Shown piece after piece: positions 1-8,420 of a stretch of 64,000 bases of DNA (its first letter is position 1; every line of letters begins with the position of its first letter). Under the pieces are notes generated by a model. The model had not been told where the DNA came from, did no database searches, and saw nothing but the letters and a program-made list of their open reading frames with translations. The position numbers were made by a program, and so were the translations under genes. The DNA lies in NCBI GenBank assembly GCA_946611235.1, contig CAMODE010000028.1:601-64600 (forward strand), in the 5' to 3' direction. Source of the DNA: an uncultured Bacillales bacterium (lineage in GTDB: Bacteria; Bacillota_I; Bacilli_A; RF39; UBA660).

Positions 1-490
1 TATCATTAATAACTTTAAGTACGGGAGCTAAACAATTTGTTGTACAAGAAGCTGCTGATATAACTTCTTCAGTACCATCTAATATATCTTCATTAACATT
101 ATAAACAATTGTTTTAGCATCTCCCTTACAAGGGGCACTAACAAGTACTTTCTTAGCACCAGCCTTAATATGCTTATAAGCATCTTCCACTTTAGTAAAT
201 CTACCCGTACACTCAAATACTAAATCAATACCAAGTTCTTTCCAAGGTAAACTTTCTGGCTCCGTTTCCTTAAATACCTTTGTCTTCTTACCATCAACAA
301 TAATACCTTCTTCATCAAAAGAAACTTCTTTCTCATATCTTCTAAAATTAGTATCATATTTAAGTAAATAAGCAAGTTCTTCACTACTAGACAAATCATT
401 AATAGCTACCACATCAAAAAAACTATCTTCCTCCATTATTCTATATACTAATCTTCCTATTCTTCCAAAACCATTAATTGCAATTCTCAT
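1..490 (-). CDS. gap: glyceraldehyde-3-phosphate dehydrogenase, N-terminal part (gene runs off the left edge)
   Basis: Own translation from ATG at 488-490 (minus): MRIAINGFGRIGRLVYR...SAASCTTNCLAPVLKVIND. Contains the NAD-binding INGFGRIGR and catalytic SCTTNCLAP motifs. Confidence 0.9.
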   Translation of the reverse strand, partial: MRIAINGFGRIGRLVYRIMEEDSFFDVVAINDLSSSEELAYLLKYDTNFRRYEKEVSFDEEGIIVDGKKTKVFKETEPESLPWKELGIDLVFECTGRFTKVEDAYKHIKAGAKKVLVSAPCKGDAKTIVYNVNEDILDGTEEVISAASCTTNCLAPVLKVIND

Positions 491-505
491 ATTATCATCC
501 TTTCC

Positions 506-1690
506 TTATTCATCAGCATAATTATCAAAGTATCCCTGTACATATACAACCGGAGTACCCTTATCACCAGAACCACTCGTTAAATCACAAAGAGAACCTA
601 CTAAATCAGTAATTCTTCTTGGAGTAGTACCCAAACTCTTATTTTGACCCACTAAATTACTATCCTTTTTCTTAATTTCTTCTTTCATAGCTCTATTAAG
701 TTCTTCTCCCCTTAAATTATCTAAGTCATTATCCGATATATATTTAAGTTTAATTTCATTCGGAGTTCCCTCTAGTCCTTCAGTATAAAATGGGGATACC
801 ACTGGATCAGCAAGTTCCCATATCTTACCTACTGGATCTTTAAAAGCACCATCTCCATATACCATAACCTCTACATGTTTACCAGTTTCTTCAAACATTC
901 TCTTTTGAATATCATGTACAAGCTTATCCCCTTCTTTGGGAAATAACTTAAGTCTTTCATCGGTACTCTTATTTGAACCCAAAAGACCATATTTAGGATT
1001 ACATCCACTACCATTAATACTTTCTGTCATAATATCATCAAGGCCTAATATAATATCAGCATCTTTTAATAATTTTTTTGTTCTTTCTCTCGTATGAATA
1101 TCACAAGCAAGAACATTCTTGGTATATTTAAAAATATCTTTCGGATTATTAGAAAAGATAAATTCTATCTCGCAATCTTCTTTATTACAAATATCCGAAT
1201 AAACATCAACATAATTTACTCCCGTAAACTGATGTTTATACTTTCTAAAATACTTATCATAAGTATCAATACCAAAACAGTCACTATAAGGATTAATATC
1301 ATGTTCAAAAAGTAATTCTTCACTAAATAAATGATTACCAACCTCATCTGAAGGATAAGAAAGCATCATATATATCTTCTTACTACCTCTAGCAATACCT
1401 TTAAGTATCATTGAAAATCTATTTCTACTTAATATTGGAAATATAAGTCCAACTTTCCCATCCGGATACTTATTTCTAATATCACTAGCAATATCATCAA
1501 CACTTACATAATTACCATAACTAATACTAACAACAGCCTCTGTAATAGCAATAATATCCCTATCTCTAATTTCAAAATTTTCTTCTTTACTAGCCCTAAT
1601 TACTGAGTTTACAACAACATCTTCTAAGTCATCACCATTTTTAATAACTCCAGTTCTAATACCTCTACTTGTTGTACCAACACATCTCAC
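506..1690 (-). CDS. CofE-like (F420-0:gamma-glutamyl ligase family) protein
   Basis: 394-aa ORF. N-terminal ...[14 protein letters not shown]...[10 protein letters not shown]... resembles CofE-family ligases as annotated in Firmicutes. Recognised by family resemblance only. Confidence 0.4.
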   Translation of the reverse strand: MRCVGTTSRGIRTGVIKNGDDLEDVVVNSVIRASKEENFEIRDRDIIAITEAVVSISYGNYVSVDDIASDIRNKYPDGKVGLIFPILSRNRFSMILKGIARGSKKIYMMLSYPSDEVGNHLFSEELLFEHDINPYSDCFGIDTYDKYFRKYKHQFTGVNYVDVYSDICNKEDCEIEFIFSNNPKDIFKYTKNVLACDIHTRERTKKLLKDADIILGLDDIMTESINGSGCNPKYGLLGSNKSTDERLKLFPKEGDKLVHDIQKRMFEETGKHVEVMVYGDGAFKDPVGKIWELADPVVSPFYTEGLEGTPNEIKLKYISDNDLDNLRGEELNRAMKEEIKKKDSNLVGQNKSLGTTPRRITDLVGSLCDLTSGSGDKGTPVVYVQGYFDNYADE

Positions 1691-1755
1691 ACTATCACAC
1701 TCCTATAATAATTATATAATATAGGAAAATAAAAATAAAGAAAAAGATAGTTATT

Positions 1756-2790
1756 TTACACTAGTTTATGTAAAGAATTATTAATACCAGAAGATATCAC
1801 TATTGCAAGTTTATCTATTATAAAATCAATTTCTTTCGGAGTAACAATAAAATTATAAGATAGAGAATCTAATACTTCATTAATAAGACCTCTTTTTTCT
1901 TCTTCACTTAAAGTACCAAAAAGTCCAGCAAGTTCTCCCCTTTCTTTATTACTTAAATCCCTATCTTTAATCTTATCATAATAATCATTTCTACTATAAA
2001 TAAGCTTATTTTTATTCTGATTATCCTTAATATAAGAAATATGTTTGAATAAAAAATCAATCGTATCATATACAATAATAGAAGAGCTAACTACTGTTGG
2101 AACACCAATAGCAATAACCGGGATACACAAAGTATCAAAACTAATCTCTTTCCTCATATTTCCTACTCCACTACCAGGATGAATACCAGTGTCAGTAATC
2201 TGTATACTCTTATTAATTCTAGTTATCGAAGAAGCTGCTAATGCATCTACTGCTATCACAATATCCGGTTTAATTCTTTCTACTACCGAAGAAATAATAT
2301 CCACAGTTTCAATCCCCGTATCAGCCATAACCCCTGGACTAATACCTGATACACTTCTAATACCATCACTAACATTTTCTCCAAGTACATATAAATACCT
2401 CGTAATCAAAGTATTTTGAATAACTTTAGGTCCTAAACTATCTGGAGTACTTTTCTCATTACCAAGTCCAATTACTAAAGCAGTATAATCCTTCTTTAAT
2501 TTCAAACTATCAATCATAGTCTTTAACTCACTAGTAAAGATATCTTTAACCTTATCCCTATTACCACTATCCGTAACATCATCAAACTCAATAGTAATAT
2601 ATTTACCTTCTTTTTTATTTAATAAAGAACTATTATCCCTATCAACATCAACCATAGTTACTTTAATACCATCTTTTTCATATATATCACTCTTAATATT
2701 AGACCTATTATTTTCAATACTATCAAGTACCAAATCACTCCTAATATCATACTTTTTTAAGTCAATTTCATGATTCATAATCATCACCAA
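1756..2790 (-). CDS. gpr: spore germination protease GPR
   Basis: LVIGLGNEKSTPDSLGP, SPGVMADTGIET, KPDIVIAVDALAA and IQITDTGIHPGSGVGN blocks are colinear with B. subtilis Gpr. The true start may be the internal Met at 2778. Confidence 0.93.
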   Translation of the reverse strand: MVMIMNHEIDLKKYDIRSDLVLDSIENNRSNIKSDIYEKDGIKVTMVDVDRDNSSLLNKKEGKYITIEFDDVTDSGNRDKVKDIFTSELKTMIDSLKLKKDYTALVIGLGNEKSTPDSLGPKVIQNTLITRYLYVLGENVSDGIRSVSGISPGVMADTGIETVDIISSVVERIKPDIVIAVDALAASSITRINKSIQITDTGIHPGSGVGNMRKEISFDTLCIPVIAIGVPTVVSSSIIVYDTIDFLFKHISYIKDNQNKNKLIYSRNDYYDKIKDRDLSNKERGELAGLFGTLSEEEKRGLINEVLDSLSYNFIVTPKEIDFIIDKLAIVISSGINNSLHKLV

Positions 2791-2882
2791 TAATATTTTT
2801 CACAAAAATAGCAGAAAATATTTGCTTTTTTATTATTTTTTTGATAAAATTATAAGTAGTTTTGGGAGGAGATGAATTTATC

Positions 2883-3152
2883 ATGGCAAACGTTAAAAAT
2901 GCAAAGAAGAAAATTAAGCAAATAAGCAAAGTAACTTTAGCACATCAACAACTTAAGTCTACTGTTAAAAATGCTATCAGAAACACTGATAAAGCCGTAG
3001 CAGCAGGTAATAAAGAAAATGCTGAAAAAAGTTTAAAATTAGCTATCAAATCTTTAGACAATGCTAAAGTAAAAGGCTTAGTACATAAAAACAAAGTTGA
3101 TAGAGAAAAATCAAGATTAACTAAAAAAGTAAATTCAATGGAAGTAAAATAA
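2883..3152 (+). CDS. rpsT: 30S ribosomal protein S20
   Basis: MANVKNAKKKIKQ... is a typical basic S20 sequence. Start trimmed from ORF-track 2862 to the conserved MAN start. Divergent from gpr, as in Bacillus. Confidence 0.9.
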   Translation: MANVKNAKKKIKQISKVTLAHQQLKSTVKNAIRNTDKAVAAGNKENAEKSLKLAIKSLDNAKVKGLVHKNKVDREKSRLTKKVNSMEVK

Positions 3153-3238
3153 TTACTTCCATTTTTTATTTATAAAAAGTTCTTTACTTTTTTAAACAAG
3201 TATATATAATACAAGGCACACATTGAAAGGAGAATATT

Positions 3239-3562
3239 ATGCCTATTACTACCGAAGATTTAGTATCATCTTTATTATTTATTGGATATGATAAAGTTGA
3301 TTCAGCACTATTTATCAGTGCTAAAAATGTCATTGCAAAAGTATTTAAACTAGAAGATTATTCAATAAATAAATTCTTTAATAGCCCTATAACATTTAAT
3401 GGCACTTTCTTCAAATTAAAAGAAGGATTATCATTAAATAGTTCAATTAGCACGATATTAAATAGAAATAAAGACTTAACTAATTATTTAATATCTACTG
3501 GTTTTGGAACAGTATCAGATAAACCTAAAACTAAAGCACTAGTTATGAATAGTTCTAACTAG
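3239..3562 (+). CDS. hypothetical protein, C-terminal DKPKTKALV tail
   Basis: 107-aa ORF preceded by GAAAGGAG SD. Its tail is shared with the next ORF of the cassette array. Confidence 0.5.
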   Translation: MPITTEDLVSSLLFIGYDKVDSALFISAKNVIAKVFKLEDYSINKFFNSPITFNGTFFKLKEGLSLNSSISTILNRNKDLTNYLISTGFGTVSDKPKTKALVMNSSN

Positions 3563-3616
3563 TGTTCTTTTTACATTACTAGAATTATCTTAAACATAGA
3601 TTTTACTCTAAATATA

Positions 3617-3645
3617 TTGCTTTTTCTATAAAAAAAGCATATAAT
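3617..3645 (+). promoter_or_regulatory. sigma-A-type promoter for the plus-strand sRNA (copy 1)
   Basis: TTGCTT (3617-3622), 17-nt spacer, TATAAT (3640-3645). The spacer contains the inverted repeat TGCTTTTT-CTATA-AAAAAGCA. Confidence 0.5.
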
Positions 3646-3651
3646 GTATTT

Positions 3652-3755
3652 GGAAAGAGAAATCTATCCATAATAAAAATGTGGGTAACACCTAGTTTCA
3701 AGGTGTTCTCTCCATAAACAAGTTTATAGAGCACCCCTAGGTGCTCCTTTTATTT
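3652..3755 (+). ncRNA. candidate antitoxin sRNA (copy 1), ~100 nt
   Basis: Runs from the predicted start about 7 nt after the -10 to the terminator at 3729-3755. Contains the hairpin AACACCT-AGTTTCA-AGGTGTT. Convergent with, and overlapping, the 3' end of the predicted toxin transcript. Confidence 0.4.
3729..3755 (+). terminator. rho-independent terminator (plus strand)
   Basis: GAGCACC-CCTA-GGTGCTC stem-loop followed by CTTTTATTT. Confidence 0.6.
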
Positions 3756-3762
3756 CATATGA

Positions 3763-3858
3763 TCATAACTTTATTAAAGCTATGATGACAAGAATAGTTA
3801 AAGCGTAAGCAGTAACTAGTTCCAATCCCAAATCCCCCTTTCTGGAGTATCTAGACAT
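3763..3858 (-). CDS. type I toxin-like hydrophobic peptide, copy 1 (31 aa from ATG; 20-aa core from TTG at 3825)
   Basis: Own translation: MSRYSRKGDLGLELVTAYALTILVIIALIKL. SD AAGGGAG lies 7 nt before the ATG, and a second SD AAGGGGGA precedes the internal TTG. Below the ORF-track size cut-off. Confidence 0.45.
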   Translation of the reverse strand: MSRYSRKGDLGLELVTAYALTILVIIALIKL

Positions 3859-3933
3859 ACAATCACTCCCTTATCTTGGCATAAATGCTTTCAAAAAAGG
3901 AGAGAACACCAATAGGTATTAACCACATCAACC

Positions 3934-3961
3934 ATTATATCATCTATAAAACTTTAGTCAA
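3934..3961 (-). promoter_or_regulatory. extended -10 promoter for the toxin transcript (copy 1)
   Basis: Minus strand reads TTGACT (3956-3961), 16-nt spacer ending in TGA, TATAAT (3934-3939), which gives a TGnTATAAT extended -10. Confidence 0.55.
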
Positions 3962-4104
3962 TACAAATACTCAAGTTTTTTTATTTTATCTGCAAAGCCT
4001 TTATTTATAAGCAATCATCATTATCAAAATGCATAAAAACATAATTTGTGTATTTACTTTCAATCATGTTTAAATTATAATAGACATTACATGAAGGAGG
4101 AATT

Positions 4105-4788
4105 ATGGAAAAAGAATACTTAACAAAAGAAAATTATGAAGAACTGCAAAAGAAACTAGACTCGCTATATCAAAAAGGAATAGAATCAGCCGAAGTAACT
4201 AATAAAAGTGAAGAAGAATATAAAATACTAAGCGATGCAGTTGATACATTAGAATATAATATTAACGATTTAGAAAGGCAAAACAATAACTATATAAATA
4301 CTAATACCAATATATTAAAACAAAAACTATATAAAATTACATGTAGTGTCGCTTTATTTAATACTTTGATAGCGACCGCCCTAGTCTTGCTATTAAATGA
4401 ACTGAATGTAGCGCCATCAATAATCTTCAGTTTAGTATTTGGTGACGGTCTTTTTGGTAGTATTGGTTGTATTGTTTTAATGGATAAAATATCTAAAAAA
4501 AGGATATCCAAAAAAGAAAAAGCATTAAGAGAAGAAATTGAAAAAAAATCAAAAATAAAAGAATTAAAAGAAGAATATTCTTCCAAGATAAAAGAAAGTA
4601 ATATACTTTGGAAAAAACACCTTGAAAATAATGACAGTTATAGCAATATTCTATCAGAAATAGATTCTCTAGAAGAACAAATAAGTGAATTTGAAAGAGA
4701 ATTTACAAATATCTATCTATCACAAATTCAAGAAGAAAATACAATATCTAAACCTAAAACTAAAGCATTAGTTAAACCAAATAACTAA
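4105..4788 (+). CDS. hypothetical coiled-coil membrane protein, C-terminal SKPKTKALV tail
   Basis: 227-aa ORF with GAAGGAGG SD. Central hydrophobic segments (VALFNTLIATALVLLL, IIFSLVFGDGLFGSIGCIVL) are flanked by K/E-rich coiled-coil-like sequence. Confidence 0.6.
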   Translation: MEKEYLTKENYEELQKKLDSLYQKGIESAEVTNKSEEEYKILSDAVDTLEYNINDLERQNNNYINTNTNILKQKLYKITCSVALFNTLIATALVLLLNELNVAPSIIFSLVFGDGLFGSIGCIVLMDKISKKRISKKEKALREEIEKKSKIKELKEEYSSKIKESNILWKKHLENNDSYSNILSEIDSLEEQISEFEREFTNIYLSQIQEENTISKPKTKALVKPNN

Positions 4789-4885
4789 TGCTTTTTTGTA
4801 TTTCACCATACGAGTACATCAAAAGTAAACATTTAAAGACTCCATAACTAGAATAATCTTCAACTTAAATTTTACTCTAAATATA

Positions 4886-4914
4886 TTGCTTTTTCTATAA
4901 AAAAAGCATATAAT
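4886..4914 (+). promoter_or_regulatory. sigma-A-type promoter for the plus-strand sRNA (copy 2)
   Basis: TTGCTT (4886-4891), 17-nt spacer, TATAAT (4909-4914). Identical to copy 1. Confidence 0.5.
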
Positions 4915-4920
4915 GTATTT

Positions 4921-5022
4921 GGAAAGAGAAATTTATCCATAATAAAAATGTGGATAACACCTGTTTGGAAGGTGTTCTCTCCATGTTGACATGAAGGCAC
5001 CCCCTGGGTGCCCCTTTTTTTA
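4921..5022 (+). ncRNA. candidate antitoxin sRNA (copy 2)
   Basis: Promoter to terminator (GGCACCC-CCT-GGGTGCC plus T-run, 4996-5022). Its 3' end overlaps the stop codon of the mini-ORF on the other strand. Confidence 0.4.
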
Positions 5023-5097
5023 TTTTGTACGATTATTCTTACTTATTACAGCAAGAAGAATTAGTACCGTCAAGGCATAAGCCAAGACAAGTTCCAC
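5020..5097 (-). CDS. type I toxin-like hydrophobic peptide, copy 2 (25 aa, GTG start)
   Basis: Own translation: (M)ELVLAYALTVLILLAVISKNNRTK, with SD AAGGGGG 9 nt upstream. The core ELV-AYALT-L matches copy 1. Confidence 0.4.
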   Translation of the reverse strand: MELVLAYALTVLILLAVISKNNRTK

Positions 5098-5202
5098 TTA
5101 CTTAAACCCCCTTCTTTAGTTGATTCTTTCAGCATACAATCACTCCTTCCTCGAATAATCAAAAAAGGAGAGAAACACCAATAGGTATTAACCACATCAA
5201 CC

Positions 5203-5230
5203 ATTATATCATCTATAAAACTTTAGTCAA
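5203..5230 (-). promoter_or_regulatory. extended -10 promoter for the toxin transcript (copy 2)
   Basis: Minus strand reads TTGACT (5225-5230), 16-nt spacer, TGATATAAT (-10 at 5203-5208). Confidence 0.55.
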
Positions 5231-5389
5231 TACAAATAATCAAGTTTTTTCAATTTATCTACAAAGCCTTTATTTATAAGCAATTATCATTATTAAAAAC
5301 ACATACATTTGTCTAAAGTGCAATATGACTATTTACTTTTAATTTTAAATATATTATAATAAATATTACTTAAGGGAAGGAAAGCACAT

Positions 5390-5860
5390 ATGAAAGTAGA
5401 TTTTGAATATTTAAAAAAAGACGAATATTTTATACACCTTATGGGTCAATTAAAAATTTTAGAAATCGAAAAAAATAAATTAAAAGAAGACTACGATAAA
5501 GCAAAAATTTTACATGATGAAATTGATGGCATAGACACTGATATATGCGAAATTATTGATAATATCAATAATAATAATTCTTATATTGAACTTCAGCATC
5601 CAGGAAAAATAGAACTATTTAAACTAAAAAGAAAAAAAAGAAAATTAAAAGAAAAATTATCTGATCTAAAACAGAAATTACAGAAATTAAAAGAAAAAGA
5701 AGAAAATTATGAATGTGAATTTTGTATTGTAGAAAGGAAATCCTTTAGTGCCAATATAAATTATATTAGGAAAGATATGGAAATACAAAATTATATAAGA
5801 GAAAAATTATCAAACTCTAATCCAGTAACAAAAAAACTAATTAAAGAAGAAAACCAGTAA
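5390..5860 (+). CDS. hypothetical coiled-coil protein
   Basis: 156-aa K/E-rich ORF with GGGAAGGAAAG SD. Third ORF in the cassette array; the tail NPVTKKLIKEENQ is loosely like the KPKTKALV tails. Confidence 0.55.
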   Translation: MKVDFEYLKKDEYFIHLMGQLKILEIEKNKLKEDYDKAKILHDEIDGIDTDICEIIDNINNNNSYIELQHPGKIELFKLKRKKRKLKEKLSDLKQKLQKLKEKEENYECEFCIVERKSFSANINYIRKDMEIQNYIREKLSNSNPVTKKLIKEENQ

Positions 5861-5910
5861 TTCTTCTTTTTATTTTATATTAAATCTTTATACAAGAAAT
5901 ATCTCTTAAA

Positions 5911-5953
5911 GGAGTATCCGCGGATTAATTTATTAATCCGTTAGCGATAGCGG
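5911..5953 (-). repeat. ~42-nt GC-enriched intergenic repeat, copy C (inverted orientation)
   Basis: The reverse complement ccgctatcgctaacggattaataaattaatccgcggatactcc aligns with copies at 16310 and 22660. Palindromic core: CGGATTAAT-TT-ATTAATCCG. Confidence 0.6.
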
Positions 5954-5984
5954 TTAAATAAAAAAAGACTAGAATATAAACATT

Positions 5985-8420
5985 CTAATCTAAATCATGT
6001 CTTGAAAGAATTTCCGCAGGAGTCTTTCTAATCGTATTAAATACCGGGAATAATCCAACAAATAAATTAAATAAATATATAAAGATAATCGTAATAACTA
6101 CTCCAAATAAATTAATAACAAATAAATTAGATAAATACTTAATATCAGATAAAACATCTAATATATAAGCCATAAATAAGATACCAGGTATACTAGCAAG
6201 TGTTGTAATAGCAAATATCTCACCAAAGAACATCTTATAAATATCAATTTTCTTAACACCAATAGCCCTATATATACCAACTTCTTTAACTCTCGATAAG
6301 AAAGAAGACCTAATCATTAAAAATATCTCTATTAAAGATATACCAAGAATAATACCCGAAGAAATAAGTGCACTTCTCGTACTCTCGTTTTTATTCTCTT
6401 TGTATTGTTCTAATAATTTATCATAAACATTAACAATATTCTTACCTTTTTCTCTAAACTCACTAATAGTCTTATCCTTATCATTAGACTTAATAACAAT
6501 ATTATCTTTATTAGTAATCAAATTATATTTAATCGTATTATTATTAACAAAATAATAATTATAATTAAATTTACTATCATAATAGCCCACTACTACTAAC
6601 TTTTTATTATTAACAGAGTAATCAATCTCTTTATTAAGCTTAATATTATATTCATTACTAATATTAACAATAACCTCATAATCATTCTCTGGTAATCTAC
6701 CCTTCTTTAATTCAATCTTATCTTGATATAAAGAATAATCAATCAAAGAACTATCACTCATATCGGGTACCATAGCATAATCATCACTACTACTAGAATT
6801 AGCTAAAATATTTATAAATAAACTATCTTTAACATAAATACTAGGACTACCTAAATTAGTAATACCCACTATCGTAAAAGGATTCATATTATTAATAAGA
6901 GCTTCTCTACCCATCATACCTTCTACATCTTTAATACCAATCATTTTAGCCATACAAACAGGCTCATCAAACATTTTATTAATAGCAAAAGAATCCACTA
7001 CTATCTCATAATCATTTTCAGGCATTCTACCATATACTAAATCTTTATCACTAATCATATCAATAGATGATAAAGATCCCTCTAGAGATCCTCCACCTCT
7101 ACTCGTTTGATAATAATCATTAAACTTCAAATTAAAGTTTACAATTGAACTACCAGGCATCATATAATCAATACTATCAAGTTTTTCATAAGATAGATAA
7201 TCATCTACTTTAATATCCTTCTCATTAAGAAGCAAATACTCTTTATTCGCCGTAACAAAATCATAATCATCTATCTTAATAGTAGCCATAATCGAACTAA
7301 CGGCATACATTAAAAACATTCCTGATAAAAAGAATCCAAATAAAAGTAATTTCTTTAAGAAAGAATAATCAAATACTTTCTTAAATCCATTAATAAGTAA
7401 AGTAATAGGATTAAGTATTGATGAATATTTCTTCTTAATATCTTTATTAATAATACTATTAAAATCAAACTTATACTTATCAATATCTTCTTTACCAATT
7501 TTCTTATAATGATCATCTACTAACTCAATACTAGAATTATCATCAATTACTTCTATCTTGTTATTAGTATTACTCTTAATATAAATATTACCAGAACTAA
7601 CAACAATATCAAGTTTAATCTTCTCTCCATCATTAGAATAAATATTAATATCATGCTCACCTATCTTAGAACTATCCTTATTACCAAAATCTTTTAAATA
7701 AAAGGTATTATCTAATCTATAATCAAGTTCATCATCTGGTTCATTCTTATAGTCTTTAATAACCGTACCATCTTTAATCTCAATAATTCTTGTTGCATAA
7801 AACTTAGCAAGATCTACCTCGTGAGTAACAAGTATTACTAATCTATCTTTCGATATAGCCCTAATAATCTTCATAATCTCAAGCGAGTTCTTACTATCAA
7901 GATTACCCGTCGGTTCATCTGCGAGTATAATATTAGGATCTTTAACAATAGCTCTAGCAATACCTACTCTTTGCCTTTCACCACCAGAAAGCATTGAAGC
8001 AGGTCTCTTTTTATATCTTAGCATTCCTACCTTATCTAATACATATTCTACTCTTTTCTTAATCTCCTCTTTATCTTTAATACCAAGCATTTTAAGAACA
8101 ATAGCAACATTATCAAATACCGAAAGATCCTCTACTAACTTATAGTCCTGAAATATATAACCAATATTTAAATTTCTAATCTTATCAGTCTTATAAGAAA
8201 ACTTCGAATTAATCTTCTTACCATCAATATAAATATTACCCTTACTAAGTTTATCTAATCCCCCAATAGTATTAAGAAGTGTTGTCTTACCACAGCCACT
8301 AGGTCCAAGTAGTGCTACTAAACCTGTACTATCTAAACTAATTGAAGTATCATTAATCGCATGAACTTCATTTCTCTTATGCCTATTAAAATATTTATTA
8401 GCATTCTTAATTTCTAACAT
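5985..8420 (-). CDS. ABC transporter, fused ATP-binding domain and FtsX/MacB-type permease
   Basis: Walker A GPSGCGKTT, signature LSGGERQR and Walker B ILADEPT at the N-terminus. Large extracytoplasmic region and C-terminal TM bundle. Confidence 0.85.
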   Translation of the reverse strand: MLEIKNANKYFNRHKRNEVHAINDTSISLDSTGLVALLGPSGCGKTTLLNTIGGLDKLSKGNIYIDGKKINSKFSYKTDKIRNLNIGYIFQDYKLVEDLSVFDNVAIVLKMLGIKDKEEIKKRVEYVLDKVGMLRYKKRPASMLSGGERQRVGIARAIVKDPNIILADEPTGNLDSKNSLEIMKIIRAISKDRLVILVTHEVDLAKFYATRIIEIKDGTVIKDYKNEPDDELDYRLDNTFYLKDFGNKDSSKIGEHDINIYSNDGEKIKLDIVVSSGNIYIKSNTNNKIEVIDDNSSIELVDDHYKKIGKEDIDKYKFDFNSIINKDIKKKYSSILNPITLLINGFKKVFDYSFLKKLLLFGFFLSGMFLMYAVSSIMATIKIDDYDFVTANKEYLLLNEKDIKVDDYLSYEKLDSIDYMMPGSSIVNFNLKFNDYYQTSRGGGSLEGSLSSIDMISDKDLVYGRMPENDYEIVVDSFAINKMFDEPVCMAKMIGIKDVEGMMGREALINNMNPFTIVGITNLGSPSIYVKDSLFINILANSSSSDDYAMVPDMSDSSLIDYSLYQDKIELKKGRLPENDYEVIVNISNEYNIKLNKEIDYSVNNKKLVVVGYYDSKFNYNYYFVNNNTIKYNLITNKDNIVIKSNDKDKTISEFREKGKNIVNVYDKLLEQYKENKNESTRSALISSGIILGISLIEIFLMIRSSFLSRVKEVGIYRAIGVKKIDIYKMFFGEIFAITTLASIPGILFMAYILDVLSDIKYLSNLFVINLFGVVITIIFIYLFNLFVGLFPVFNTIRKTPAEILSRHDLD

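Larger units (their letters stand above)
3578..4028. repeat. ~450-nt repeated cassette, copy 1 (type I TA-like module)
   Basis: Long stretches nearly identical to 4847-5297, e.g. ttttactctaaatatattgctttttctataaaaaaagcatataatgtatttggaaagag and caataggtattaaccacatcaaccattatatcatctataaaactttagtcaatacaaata. Confidence 0.85.
4847..5297. repeat. ~450-nt repeated cassette, copy 2 (type I TA-like module)
   Basis: See copy 1. Same order of sRNA promoter, hairpins, terminator, mini-ORF and toxin promoter. Confidence 0.85.

Noticed and set aside
1094-1315. Plus-strand 73-aa ORF inside the CofE-like gene. Similar nested or antisense ORFs occur at 2189-2419, 4290-4586, 9998-10216, 13229-13831, 18639-18848, 20436-20840, 21948-22133, 22404-22781, 27322-27513, 27864-28067, 31375-31656, 37430-37837, 39866-40051, 40383-40876, 44058-44436, 45378-45677, 45977-46192, 56780-57064, 57425-57613 and 59430-59822.
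   Set aside because: All lie within or antisense to longer ORFs that have clear family motifs. Their products are low-complexity I/L/K/N/F strings, as expected from random frames in very AT-rich DNA, and they have no SD sequences.
3578-5297. The repeated cassettes as a CRISPR array or as IS ends.
   Set aside because: There are only two ~450-nt copies separated by a gene. There is no short repeat-spacer periodicity, no terminal inverted repeats, and no transposase.
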